A stretch of 64,000 nucleotides of DNA from Spirochaetia bacterium (GCA_963677595.1 OY782041.1:992001-1056000); one strand, 5' to 3'. Shown: positions 38,350 to 47,992, counted from the stretch's first letter. The notes: generated from the letters alone by a model not told the origin. Made by a program: numbers and translations.

Positions 38350-38938
38350 GGTAAAGCAGGAACCCATGGACGAAACACGAAGAGTCGCGTACAGTACAGG
38401 AATGGAACTGAAAGGATTAGCACAGCAGATGATAGGTCTCGGGGCTTCCGCCTCAGGGGTCGTGAAGGTAGGGGATATCATATTCGCACATGAGTTCAGG
38501 GCTGCCTGCGAGCAGAACTCCTGCGGGAAGTACGGCACCAACTGGATGTGCCCTCCCGGCGTCGGGGAGTTCGAGGAACTGAAGACACAGGTGGGTGCAT
38601 ACTCACACGGCATCGTGTTCCAGACGATCTCCCAACTCGAGGATTCCTTCGATTTCGAAGGGATGGAACAGGCAAAGACAGCCCATACTGCCGTATTCCA
38701 CAAGATCATCGGGTTTATGAGGCAGCAGGGCCTTACATCATTCCTGCCGCTGAATGCCGGGGAGTGCAGGGTATGCCAGACCTGCACCTACCCCGATGCA
38801 CCCTGCAGGTTCCCTGAACAGGCAGTCGCCTCGATCGAGTCATACGGGATAGACGTGCATGCCTTGGTGACATCCTGCGGATTGAACTATATCAACGGGA
38901 AGGATACGGTATCGTATGTGGGGATGGTGCTGTTGTAG
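38348..38938 (+). CDS. DUF2284 family metal-binding protein
   Basis: C..N.CG.YG.NW.CPP, GECRVC..C.....CRFP, S.ESYGIDV; start uncertain (38348, 38366 or 38402). Confidence 0.87.
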   Translation: MVKQEPMDETRRVAYSTGMELKGLAQQMIGLGASASGVVKVGDIIFAHEFRAACEQNSCGKYGTNWMCPPGVGEFEELKTQVGAYSHGIVFQTISQLEDSFDFEGMEQAKTAHTAVFHKIIGFMRQQGLTSFLPLNAGECRVCQTCTYPDAPCRFPEQAVASIESYGIDVHALVTSCGLNYINGKDTVSYVGMVLL

Positions 38939-39017
38939 GGATTGCTCATGCTTCCTGAACCCGTGCTTTTACACCCTTTCAAACTTGACAATTGGAACAG
39001 AATATCCGATGCTACCT

Positions 39018-39135
39018 ATGCAGTCAGTGGCGGCAGGATCACCCCACGTAAAAAACTGAAGGATTCGAACCGAATGGGATGGCGGTAGGGTTGCCCCATG
39101 TGAAAAACTGAAAAACCCGAACAGATCGGACTGCA
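39018..39135 (+). ncRNA. Candidate structured RNA: two 52-nt units, each a preQ1-I-like H-type pseudoknot plus a small hairpin
   Basis: 34-nt cores at 39027-39060 and 39079-39112 are 27/34 identical with a compensatory stem change; TGCAGTC/GACTGCA closing stem; TTGACA at 38985. Strand not certain. Confidence 0.5.
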
Positions 39136-39206
39136 AATAAGCTTCTTGCCGTAGGCCTTAGTAGTTCAGGATGAACAGCCCATACTGGTGCTGTGTTAGG
39201 GATTGA

Positions 39207-39350
39207 TCATTCATCCGAATCTTCCCAGAGTTCCTCATCAATCTCCTCGAAGATTTCCTGGGAAGCATCGAACTCATCAGCGGCTTCCTGAGACCATGAA
39301 CCGGACAAGTCTGACAGATCCCTGGCTTTAGTTTTCTCGGTATCTTCCAC
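39207..39350 (-). pseudogene. 47-aa acidic ORF resembling the C-terminal half of a VapB-type antitoxin
   Basis: GGAGG RBS and GTG start; MEDTEKTKARDLSDLSGSWSQEAADEFDASQEIFEEIDEELWEDSDE has a DL..L.G.WS...EF.....IDEELW pattern; below the ORF-track cutoff. Confidence 0.55.
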
Positions 39351-39371
39351 GGTATCCTCCTTACGATGGAA

Positions 39372-39393
39372 AGGGGCCACCGAAGTGACCCCT
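39372..39393 (-). terminator. Intrinsic terminator of the sugar ABC operon
   Basis: Minus strand AGGGGTCAC-TTCG-GTGGCCCCT-TT. Confidence 0.75.
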
Positions 39394-39432
39394 ATGAAAG
39401 ATTATAAGACGCTCAACCTCTTAGTCGAACGA

Positions 39433-40527
39433 TCAATCGTAAATCAGCCCCTTGATGTCATCATCGTCCATGTTGTCCTTGGTATAGAACTTGGCACCGG
39501 TATCGACGTCCGATACTGACTTGCCCATGTATGCATCGTAAGCGAGTGATACGGCCTTGTAACCGATCTGGTACGGATCCTGGGTGATCGAACCGAGGAA
39601 GTACTGGTTTCGGACAGCATCTTTCTGAGCCTTTCCAGCGTCGTAACCTACGACTACGAGTCCAGGGAATTTCCCAGGAAGGTCAGAACCGTCGTTGGTT
39701 GCAGCGAGGAGCCCCTTGACGGTTGACTCGTTCGAGCAGAAGATACCGAGAGTGTTAGCTGAAGATACCTTGTTGAGTACAGCCTGGGCTGCAGCAGTTG
39801 CATCGGTATTTGCAGCGGAAGCAGGAACGACCATGTCGATGAAGACAGTCTTGCCGCTTGTCGGGCTGTCAGCAGCGATGTAGGCAGGGTTACCTGTCAC
39901 AGCGATGTCTGATTTGCTCAGTCCGGTGTTTGCGACGATCAGGTCGATCATGGTATCCCTGAATCCCTTACCTCGGCTGAGGAGAGACTCACCGGAAGCA
40001 TCCTGGTTCAATACCACGAAGGTCACAGGCTTAGCCGGGGTAGCAGCAGCTACTTTGTCTTTGAGGACCTCGAACATCTTCTCGGCAGCGACACCGGCAG
40101 CGGCGTAGTTGTTAGTCGATGCATTGGCATAGATGGATCCAGCAGGGGCGTTAGGAACACCAGAGTCGAACCCGATCACGGGCATGCCCTTGTCAAGAGC
40201 ACTCTGGAGCTGATCCATGACTGAACCAGTATCAAGAGCAGCAAGACAAACAGCTACGGGGTTCTTTGCCATTGCGTTGTTCAGCATCTCGACCTGGATC
40301 TGGACGTCACTCTCAGTCGGTGGTCCCTCGAAGGTCATGTCTACGCCAAGCTTGGTAGCCGCATCCTGAGCACCAAGTTTTACCTGCTGCCAGAAGTCAT
40401 GCTGCTCGCCCTTTGATACGACAGCGATGTACGGTGTCTCTGGCTCGCCTTGGGCAAATACTGCCATGGACACACTTAAGAAAGCAAGTACTAACATGAT
40501 AGCCACAAATCGTTTTGAAACTTTCAT
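39433..40527 (-). CDS. Sugar ABC transporter substrate-binding protein (CUT2)
   Basis: Signal peptide; VSKG.QH.FWQ, FEGP..E, GFDSG, GYDAG, ITQDPY.IG. Confidence 0.92.
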   Translation of the reverse strand: MKVSKRFVAIMLVLAFLSVSMAVFAQGEPETPYIAVVSKGEQHDFWQQVKLGAQDAATKLGVDMTFEGPPTESDVQIQVEMLNNAMAKNPVAVCLAALDTGSVMDQLQSALDKGMPVIGFDSGVPNAPAGSIYANASTNNYAAAGVAAEKMFEVLKDKVAAATPAKPVTFVVLNQDASGESLLSRGKGFRDTMIDLIVANTGLSKSDIAVTGNPAYIAADSPTSGKTVFIDMVVPASAANTDATAAAQAVLNKVSSANTLGIFCSNESTVKGLLAATNDGSDLPGKFPGLVVVGYDAGKAQKDAVRNQYFLGSITQDPYQIGYKAVSLAYDAYMGKSVSDVDTGAKFYTKDNMDDDDIKGLIYD

Positions 40528-40580
40528 AAAGTTCCTCCTCTTTATTTCACCAGCCCATACGGGCCGGGTATTCACAATGA

Positions 40581-41819
40581 TTATTTCGTCAGACTCTGCT
40601 TGAACTCCTTCGCAGCGATCTTCTCCTCACGTCTGACCCTGGCCTGTTCAGCCTTCTCCTCTGCCCTCATCCGGGCATAGGTATGGTTCCTCTCCTTGGT
40701 GAGGGCGGCGATCTCGTCCCTGATGCCTGCAGTCTTATCAGCTGATGCAGAAGTGAGCGCCTGCTTCAGGTCGTCGATCTTCTCATTCATGGACTGCTTG
40801 TACTGCTCTGCCGGGGAAATGATCCGCTCCTGTGAAGCCTTGTTGGTCTTGTAGATGTCGAGCAGAACGGCAAGGATGACGACGACACCGGTAAAGAAGG
40901 TCTGGTAGTGTGCCTGCAGGTCCATGGACGGGAGGCCGGTCCTGAGAACACTCATGATGAAGACACCGATGAGGGTTCCCGATATCGTCCCGATACCGCC
41001 GGAGAGCGATGTACCGCCGATGACCGCACCTGCGATGGCGTAGAGCTCGAACCCTGCTCCCTGTGCAGGCATGACCGTCGTGTAGACAGCTGCGAAGGCG
41101 ATACCGCCGATACCGGCAAGAATACCTACGACGATGTAGACCATCATCTCCCATTTCTCTACGTTGATACCTGAGAGCCGTGCAGCCTCCTTGTTGGAGC
41201 CGATGGCGAAGGTATAGCGACCCATCTTGGTCTTAGCCAGGATCAGGTAGCAGATGAACGCGATGCCGAAGAGGACGAACGCCCCGGTCGGGATCTCTGC
41301 CCTCTCAGGGGTGATGTACTTGAAGATGCCCTTGAACCAGCCGGCTGACTCGGTCCTGGTCGGGAAGGTAGCTGAACGTACGTTCGATACGATCGAGCCG
41401 ATACCCTTCGAGATCATCATCGTACCGAGGGTAGCGATGAACGGCGGGAGTTTCAGCTTCGCGACCATGATGCCGTTGAACAACCCGAAGAGGAAGCCGA
41501 CGACGATGATCAGGAGCAGCGACATCCACATCGGCCAGCCCCAGGACTTGTATGCCGTACCGCCGATGATGGCGGCAGCCATCATGACCGTCCCGCAGGA
41601 GAGGTCGATACCGCCGGTGATGATGACGAAGGTCACACCGATGGCGATGAACCCGATGTAGTATGATGAATCAAGGATGTTCACCAGCGTCGTGTATGAC
41701 AGGAAGTTCCTGCCGAAGATCGCAAAGAATGCATACAGGATGATCAGTGCAGCTGGTGCAAGGATCTTCTGCAGCCCTTTCGATTTGATATCCTGTATCA
41801 AGCTTCGTTTCTTTTCCAT
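40581..41819 (-). CDS. Sugar ABC transporter permease with charged C-terminal extension
   Basis: GGIDLS, PPFIATLG, AIGSN.EAARLSG, IGGTSL.GG.G. Confidence 0.93.
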   Translation of the reverse strand: MEKKRSLIQDIKSKGLQKILAPAALIILYAFFAIFGRNFLSYTTLVNILDSSYYIGFIAIGVTFVIITGGIDLSCGTVMMAAAIIGGTAYKSWGWPMWMSLLLIIVVGFLFGLFNGIMVAKLKLPPFIATLGTMMISKGIGSIVSNVRSATFPTRTESAGWFKGIFKYITPERAEIPTGAFVLFGIAFICYLILAKTKMGRYTFAIGSNKEAARLSGINVEKWEMMVYIVVGILAGIGGIAFAAVYTTVMPAQGAGFELYAIAGAVIGGTSLSGGIGTISGTLIGVFIMSVLRTGLPSMDLQAHYQTFFTGVVVILAVLLDIYKTNKASQERIISPAEQYKQSMNEKIDDLKQALTSASADKTAGIRDEIAALTKERNHTYARMRAEEKAEQARVRREEKIAAKEFKQSLTK

Positions 41820-41834
41820 ATATCTATCCTCTAC

Positions 41835-43334
41835 CTAATTGTTCATTGTGGCGAAATCCATGATCTTCTCCTGGTTCGCTTCGCTGATATCGAGTTCCCC
41901 GGTCACTCTGCCTTCGCACATGACCATGATCCGGTCACTCATTCGCAGGACCTCGGGCATCTCCGACGAGATCATGATGATCGACTTACCCTCTTTCGCA
42001 AGTTCGTTCATGAGATGATAGATCTCACTCTTCGCCCCGACGTCGATTCCCCTCGTCGGTTCATCGAAGATGAGGATATCACTGTTGCGGATCAGCCATT
42101 TGGCTATGACGACCTTCTGCTGGTTCCCTCCCGAAAGGTTCACCACGAGCTGGTCGAGCGACGGGGTCTTGATCTTCAGTGCATCACTGAACTCCCCGGC
42201 AGCCTTTCGCATCCGCTTCTTCTGCATGAAGAAGTTCTTCTGGTACGATTCATAGGAGGCCATGATGGCATTGTCGATGACGCTCAAGCCTGTGGCGAGC
42301 CCGTACCGCTTCCTATCCTCCGAGAGGTACCCGATGCCGTAGGCAACCGCATCCATCGGGTTCTTGATCATGGCTTTCTTCCCGTTGATCTCGACCGTCC
42401 CGCTGTCTACCGGGTCCGCCCCGAAGAGAGCCCGGACCGTCTCGGTCCTTCCCGCCCCGATCAGGCCGGAGAACCCGAGGATCTCTCCCCGGTGCAGCTC
42501 GAAGGAGACGTCCTTGACGAGCTTGCCGGCATTGAGGCTGTTCACCCGAAGCACTACTTCGGCATCCTTGGGTACATTGCTCTTCTGCTTCGGTTCCTCA
42601 TAGATGACCCGGCCGACCATCATCTGGATGATGTCTTCCTTGGTGACCTCTTTCGTCTTCTTCGTCCCGATGTACTCACCATCTCGCATGACCGTGACCC
42701 GGTTGGTGATCCGGTGGATCTCATCCATCCGGTGTGAGATGTAGATCATCGCGACCTTATGCTTCTGCAGGTTCCTCATGATGGTGAAGAGCTCGTCGAT
42801 CTCGGCATTGGTCAATGCCGCGGTCGGCTCATCAAGGATCAGAACCTTCAGGTCGTGTGATACCGCCTTGGCGATCTCCACCATCTGCTGCATGCCGACG
42901 GTGAGGTTTCCCAGCAGTTCGGTTGGGTCAATATTCATGTTCAGCCGGTCGAACAGCTCCTGGGCCCGTTTGTTCTGGGCCTTCTCATCGAGAAACAATC
43001 CATTTCCTTTCATGGACTCCCGACCGATGAAGATATTCTGCGCCACGGTAAGATGCTCCATCATGTTCAGTTCCTGATGGATGATACCGATGCCCATCTG
43101 CAGTGCCTGCTTCGGGCCATGCGGATGGTACAGCTTGCCAAGATAGTGCATCTCGCCGGAATCCTTCTCGTAGATACCGGTGAGGATCTTCATCAACGTC
43201 GATTTTCCAGCCCCGTTCTCGCCTACGAGCGCATGGACTTCTCCCTCTTCGAGTTCGAAGTCTATGCCCTTGAGCGCGTGAACTCCCTTGAATCGTTTAT
43301 CGATCTGTTTCACTGAAAGAATCTGTTTACTCAA
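41835..43334 (-). CDS. Sugar ABC transporter ATP-binding protein (RbsA/MglA type)
   Basis: GENGAGKST, DEPT, LSGGNQQK, DEPTRGIDVGAK. Confidence 0.95.
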   Translation of the reverse strand: MSKQILSVKQIDKRFKGVHALKGIDFELEEGEVHALVGENGAGKSTLMKILTGIYEKDSGEMHYLGKLYHPHGPKQALQMGIGIIHQELNMMEHLTVAQNIFIGRESMKGNGLFLDEKAQNKRAQELFDRLNMNIDPTELLGNLTVGMQQMVEIAKAVSHDLKVLILDEPTAALTNAEIDELFTIMRNLQKHKVAMIYISHRMDEIHRITNRVTVMRDGEYIGTKKTKEVTKEDIIQMMVGRVIYEEPKQKSNVPKDAEVVLRVNSLNAGKLVKDVSFELHRGEILGFSGLIGAGRTETVRALFGADPVDSGTVEINGKKAMIKNPMDAVAYGIGYLSEDRKRYGLATGLSVIDNAIMASYESYQKNFFMQKKRMRKAAGEFSDALKIKTPSLDQLVVNLSGGNQQKVVIAKWLIRNSDILIFDEPTRGIDVGAKSEIYHLMNELAKEGKSIIMISSEMPEVLRMSDRIMVMCEGRVTGELDISEANQEKIMDFATMNN

Positions 43335-43497
43335 ACTTTCGCTCCCTGGGGGTTTCAGGTGCTTCCCCTATGCACCTGTTCGTTTCAACTATGATAGTAT
43401 CAACCCGTTTTCCAGATCGCGAAATAGAGGATTTTACGAAGAATGTTTAAATTCTTCCTGCTTACAGGTGAGGATCAACGAAATGTGGAAGATCTTC

Positions 43498-44487
43498 CTA
43501 TTCAGTGCTGCTGAAGGGATAGAGCAGTTCCTGGTACTCCCGCTGGAACATGTTCTCCTGCGTGATCAGGACCGACCCGGTATCGAGGAAGGCAGGCACC
43601 TCATTGCCCTTGAGGTAGTCGACCGCGATCTTCACGGTCATATAGCCCATATTGTAGGGGCGCTGCACCACCGTTGCCCTGATGACCCCGGCCTCGAGGT
43701 AGGAGAGTTCCCGCTTTGCGTTATCGAAAGCGACGACACGGACGTTCTCCTGCCTACCGAGCTCATCGACGGCACGGGCGACCCCGAGGGAGGCTGCCTC
43801 GTTGAGGGCGACGATCCCGTCGGGATCCATGGCCGAAAGCATCTCCATCGTCATCTCGTAGGAGAGCTCCTCATCCACATCGCAGTACCAGGTCCCGACG
43901 ACATCCTCTGCCGGCAGGGCATTGCGCACCCCCGTCTCCCGGTCTATCGCGGTCGCCGTGTCCTTGCTGTGGCTCATGATGGCGATCTTCGGGTCCGGGA
44001 TATCAACCAAGAGGTCCATCAGGGCCGCTCCCGCCTTCTCCCCCGCCGCGATATTATCAGTGGCGATGAATGATGCCGGGATGGGGGAATCGACACCGGA
44101 ATCGATGGTGATGACCGGGATCCCATAGGCATCCGCCTGCTCCACGGGTTCGACGAGCTTCACATAGTCTGTCGCCGCAAGGATCAGCATCGGCGGACGT
44201 GATTCCAGGATCTGGTTGACGATATCGATCTGCTCGTCGATCTCCTTCTCATGACTCGGCCCGGAGATCTCCACGGAGACTCCGTACTCCTTGGCTGCCT
44301 CGTTGATGCCCCGGTGTACCACATCCCAGAACTCCATCGGCCGTACCTCACGGGATTTCAGGACGATCTGGATCGGTTCCTCGAGATCGATCGTCTTCGG
44401 GGCGGTCTGCTGGTAGAGGATCGTGAGGACGAAGAAGAGCGCGAGCGCCGTCATCAGGCTGAGCAGCAGTACATACCAGTTCTTCAT
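43498..44487 (-). CDS. Membrane-anchored periplasmic sugar-binding sensor protein
   Basis: N-terminal TM; FW..V..G, IDSG, IATDN, VVQRPYNMGY; translationally coupled to the kinase. Confidence 0.87.
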   Translation of the reverse strand: MKNWYVLLLSLMTALALFFVLTILYQQTAPKTIDLEEPIQIVLKSREVRPMEFWDVVHRGINEAAKEYGVSVEISGPSHEKEIDEQIDIVNQILESRPPMLILAATDYVKLVEPVEQADAYGIPVITIDSGVDSPIPASFIATDNIAAGEKAGAALMDLLVDIPDPKIAIMSHSKDTATAIDRETGVRNALPAEDVVGTWYCDVDEELSYEMTMEMLSAMDPDGIVALNEAASLGVARAVDELGRQENVRVVAFDNAKRELSYLEAGVIRATVVQRPYNMGYMTVKIAVDYLKGNEVPAFLDTGSVLITQENMFQREYQELLYPFSSTE

Positions 44488-46265
44488 GATACCCCCTTCC
44501 GTGACGGGATCCTGATCGTGATCGTGGTCCCCTTCCCCAGCTCGCTCTCGCAATGGAGCCCGTACTCATGGCCGAAGTAGAGCTGGATCCGCTCATGGAC
44601 GTTCCGCACGCCCATCCCCCTGAGGTTCGCCCAGGGCTGGTCGTCCTCGGGCACGACATAGGGGCTGTTGAGCAGCTCCACCTTGTCGGGAGGCATCCCC
44701 TTCCCGTTGTCGATGACCTGGAGGATGATCGTATCCCCCTCGAGCCAGCCGATGATGCGGATCAGCCCCTTGTGGTCGGACTCCTTGATCCCATGGTAGA
44801 TCGCGTTCTCCACCAGCGGCTGGAGCGTGATCTTCAACGTCAGCTCATCGTAGAGGATCGGGTCGATATCGATGACCGAGTCATACTTGTCGCGGTAGCG
44901 CATCTCCTCGATCGTCAGGTAGGACTCGACATGGGCGATCTCATCCCTGATCGGGATGAGCTCCCGCCCCTTGCTGATACTGATGCGCATCAGCTTGGAG
45001 AGGGCCGAGGTCATCAGCACCACCTCACGGTGCTGCTTCATCTCAGCCATCCAGATGATCGAGTCCAGGGTGTTGTAGAGAAAGTGGGGATTGATCTGAG
45101 CCTGGAGTGCCTTCAGGTCACTCTTCCGCTTGAGCTCCTGTTCCGTGATGTTCTCGTGCATGAGCTCCCGGATCCTCGTCACCATGATGTCATAGTCGTG
45201 GGCGAGCTCCTTGATCTCGTCTGTCGCCATGATCTCCCCGACCAGGTGGAACTCCCCCTCGTCGACACAGCGCATGATCTCCTGGAGTTTCTTCACCGGG
45301 CTCGTGATCCCCCTCGTGATCCGGTTGGTGACCAGCCCCACGACGAGGAAGAGGACCAGGCCGATCGCGGCGAACGATACCTGGACATAGCGCCAGTCGG
45401 TGATGATGTCGTCATCGTAGAGGACACTGATCACATGCCAGCCGGTCTGGGCGGAATCGTTGATGAAATAGTACTTCTCTCCGTCGCTGTAGGGGATGTC
45501 CTCCTCGCTGCCTACAGCAGCGAGGATCTCATCGAGCGGCTCACTCTTGACCCCGCTGTAGACCAGCTGCTGGGTCGGGTGGAAAACATAGACCCCTTCA
45601 TCATCGATGATGAAGTTGTACCCCTTCCTCCCCGTCACCATCGACTGGCAGAGGTCTTTGATCCCGTCGAACTTGAGGTCGATGAGCAGCACCCCGAGCA
45701 GTTCCCCCGTGTCCTCGGAGACGATCCCGCGGCTCAGGGAGACGACCCAGGAGTAGTCCTCGAAGATCAGGTTCTGGACATAGGAACCGGAGAGGATCGT
45801 CTCCGATGGGTTCTCCACGGCCTGGGTGAACCAGGAGTTCTTCCTGACATCCGCATACTGGTTGATCGTCACCGAACGGTCAGCCGAGAGGATGTTCCCG
45901 GACATGTCGGAGAAGTAGATGTTCTTGATATCCTCCCGTGCCTTGAGGTAGGTCCCGAGCTGCTTCTGGATCATCCGGACATAGTCGGTCAGGGGGGCGG
46001 GAGCCTCCCCCCTGAGGTAGGTCTGCACCTCCTCTGCCTCGATGACTGCCAGCGAGAGGTGGTCCATGTCCTCGATATAGGAGTCGATCTGACTCGTCAG
46101 CTGACCGAGCAGCGTCTTGTTCGACTCTATGGTCGTGTTCCGTACCGTGGAGATGGTGAACTGGAAGGCCACGATCTGCAGGATGATGATCGTCCCGAAG
46201 ATGAAGAGGATGAAGAACGAGTAGATCCTCGACCCGAGGGTTCCCATGCGCAGGAGGGGTTTCAC
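44484..46265 (-). CDS. YesM/LytS-type sensor histidine kinase (Cache and HAMP domains)
   Basis: LQAQINPHFLYNTL, LQPLVENAIYHG, DNGKG, G.G.RNV.ERI. Confidence 0.95.
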   Translation of the reverse strand: MKPLLRMGTLGSRIYSFFILFIFGTIIILQIVAFQFTISTVRNTTIESNKTLLGQLTSQIDSYIEDMDHLSLAVIEAEEVQTYLRGEAPAPLTDYVRMIQKQLGTYLKAREDIKNIYFSDMSGNILSADRSVTINQYADVRKNSWFTQAVENPSETILSGSYVQNLIFEDYSWVVSLSRGIVSEDTGELLGVLLIDLKFDGIKDLCQSMVTGRKGYNFIIDDEGVYVFHPTQQLVYSGVKSEPLDEILAAVGSEEDIPYSDGEKYYFINDSAQTGWHVISVLYDDDIITDWRYVQVSFAAIGLVLFLVVGLVTNRITRGITSPVKKLQEIMRCVDEGEFHLVGEIMATDEIKELAHDYDIMVTRIRELMHENITEQELKRKSDLKALQAQINPHFLYNTLDSIIWMAEMKQHREVVLMTSALSKLMRISISKGRELIPIRDEIAHVESYLTIEEMRYRDKYDSVIDIDPILYDELTLKITLQPLVENAIYHGIKESDHKGLIRIIGWLEGDTIILQVIDNGKGMPPDKVELLNSPYVVPEDDQPWANLRGMGVRNVHERIQLYFGHEYGLHCESELGKGTTITIRIPSRKGVS

Positions 46266-47857
46266 TCCTCGATGCTCCTGCGGTACTCCATCGGAGTCAT
46301 CCCCGACACCTTCTTGAAGATGATCGAGAAGTAGCGGGGATCATTGAAGCCCACCAGCTCGGCGACCTCGTAGGCCCGCATGGAGGAGTTCTTCAGCAGG
46401 GCCTGGGCCTGTTCGACCCGGTAGTCGGTGAGGTACTCGACGAAGGTCATGCCCGTCCCGTCCTTGAAGAGGACGCTGAACTGGCTCGTCGATAAGAAGA
46501 GCTCATCGCAGATATCCTGGAGGCTGAAGTTCTTGTCGGCATACCGGTTCGCGATGATCTGCTTCGCCCGTGCGACCCGTGAACGGGTATTGTCGAACCG
46601 CTTGTCAGAGATCTTCTCCTCGATGTCGCTGATCAGCTTCCGGAAGAATCCCCTCGCCTGGTTGATCGAGACGAAGTAGTCCGCCTGGAACGGCATGGTC
46701 CCGGCCCCCTGGACGAGGCCGAGCTCCTGCATGAAATCCTGCAGGGTCGTCTGCAGCCGCATGAGGTAGAGGGAGGCCTCATGGAGGGTGAGGTAGTGCT
46801 TCTCGAAGTAGGTGAAGATGGTGTCGAGGGCAACTCCTGTCTCTTCGCGCCTCCCCGTCTTGAGGACCTTCACCAGCTGTTCGGAGAGCAGAGAGAACTC
46901 CTCATGGGAGATCGACTGCCGGTTCCGTATCTCCGATATATGGAGGATCTTCGCCGTCCCGATCACCCTGACATACTCGACGGCACTGTTCGCCCCCCGG
47001 TAGGAGGTGACCAGGTGCTCGAGGGAATCGACCACCTCGCCGCAGCCGATGCCGCCCTGGTTCGCCGTCCGCTTCTGCAGGAAGGAGAAGATCTTCCGGC
47101 CGAGCCCATAGCTCCGCTGTTTGAGCTTCTCCCGTGCAGCTTCGACCGACTCCCGGTCGCTGAGGTCGGCGAAATCCTGGAGGATGAGCACGAAGTTGTC
47201 ATCACGGTTGTAGAGCAGCTCGTCCCCTTCCTGCTTCTGGCGCGTGATGAACTGCGACAGTGCCAGGCGGTCAAGGTCGTTGATATCCTCCGGGATCGAG
47301 ACCACCATCACCTGGTAGAGCCCCTCAAGGTCCATCCACTGGAAGTAGGCCTTCCGTTCCTCGATGGCCCCGCGGTCTATCCGCCCGGACACCAGACGGT
47401 AGAGGAACCGCTCGCGCAGAAGGGGGAGGCTCTCGTTGAGTCGTTTCTCCAGTTCCTTGCGATTCTCCTGCTCGTCACGCTGATCATCGAGCTTCTCGTG
47501 CATCCGAGTCAGCACCCTCGTCAGCTCTTCGGCGGTGATCGGCTTGAGGAGAAACTCGCTCACATGGTACTTGAGGGCTTCCTGGGCATACTCGAAGTCA
47601 TCGTAGCCGGAGAGCAGCAAGACGGTGATCTCGGGGAACTCCTCATGGATCACCTTGGAGAGCTGCAGCCCGTCGACCTTCGGCATCTTGATGTCGGAGA
47701 GGACGATGTCCACGGGGTTCTTCCTGATGTACTCGATCGCCTGCAACCCGTTCTCGAGCATCGACACGAGCTCGAACCCGATGTCCTTCCAGGAGATCAC
47801 CGAAGAGATCCCTTCCCGTATGATCGACTCGTCATCTACGAATAACAGTTTATACAC
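46262..47857 (-). CDS. YesN-type response regulator (receiver plus AraC HTH)
   Basis: VDDE, DIKMP, SGYDDFEYA, LKP; GF.DPRYFS..FKK..G.TP.EYR. Confidence 0.95.
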   Translation of the reverse strand: MYKLLFVDDESIIREGISSVISWKDIGFELVSMLENGLQAIEYIRKNPVDIVLSDIKMPKVDGLQLSKVIHEEFPEITVLLLSGYDDFEYAQEALKYHVSEFLLKPITAEELTRVLTRMHEKLDDQRDEQENRKELEKRLNESLPLLRERFLYRLVSGRIDRGAIEERKAYFQWMDLEGLYQVMVVSIPEDINDLDRLALSQFITRQKQEGDELLYNRDDNFVLILQDFADLSDRESVEAAREKLKQRSYGLGRKIFSFLQKRTANQGGIGCGEVVDSLEHLVTSYRGANSAVEYVRVIGTAKILHISEIRNRQSISHEEFSLLSEQLVKVLKTGRREETGVALDTIFTYFEKHYLTLHEASLYLMRLQTTLQDFMQELGLVQGAGTMPFQADYFVSINQARGFFRKLISDIEEKISDKRFDNTRSRVARAKQIIANRYADKNFSLQDICDELFLSTSQFSVLFKDGTGMTFVEYLTDYRVEQAQALLKNSSMRAYEVAELVGFNDPRYFSIIFKKVSGMTPMEYRRSIEE

Positions 47858-47963
47858 AACCCAACCTCAGCATGTGATGATGGAGCCCGCTTCAACAGCT
47901 CCATGCTACTACCATCCTAGCACAGGTTCACGATGATGCAAAATGCAATCTGCGCAGAAACAC

Positions 47964-47992
47964 CTGCGGCCCGGGTAGCTCCCGGGCCGCAG
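47964..47992 (-). terminator. GC-rich hairpin downstream of fucI
   Basis: CTGCGGCCCGGG-TAGCT-CCCGGGCCGCAG. Confidence 0.65.

Noticed and set aside
39061-39071. GGTTCGAATCC on the minus strand, a tRNA T-arm signature
   Set aside because: No acceptor stem, D-arm or anticodon arm can be built around it
39027-39130. Two repeats with a spacer as a mini CRISPR array
   Set aside because: Only two units, the spacers resemble each other, the repeats differ at 7 positions, and there are no cas genes
43288-44073. 261-aa plus-strand ORF across the ABC promoter region
   Set aside because: Overlaps two real minus-strand genes and has no RBS or motif
44553-46334. 593-aa plus-strand ORF
   Set aside because: Antisense shadow of the YesM kinase; codon bias suppresses reverse-strand stops and the translation has no motif
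46781-47845. 354-aa plus-strand ORF and similar long antisense ORFs (3778-4608, 12456-13379, 16811-17704, 18525-19397, 23021-23803)
   Set aside because: All lie opposite well-supported genes and have the same shadow-ORF composition
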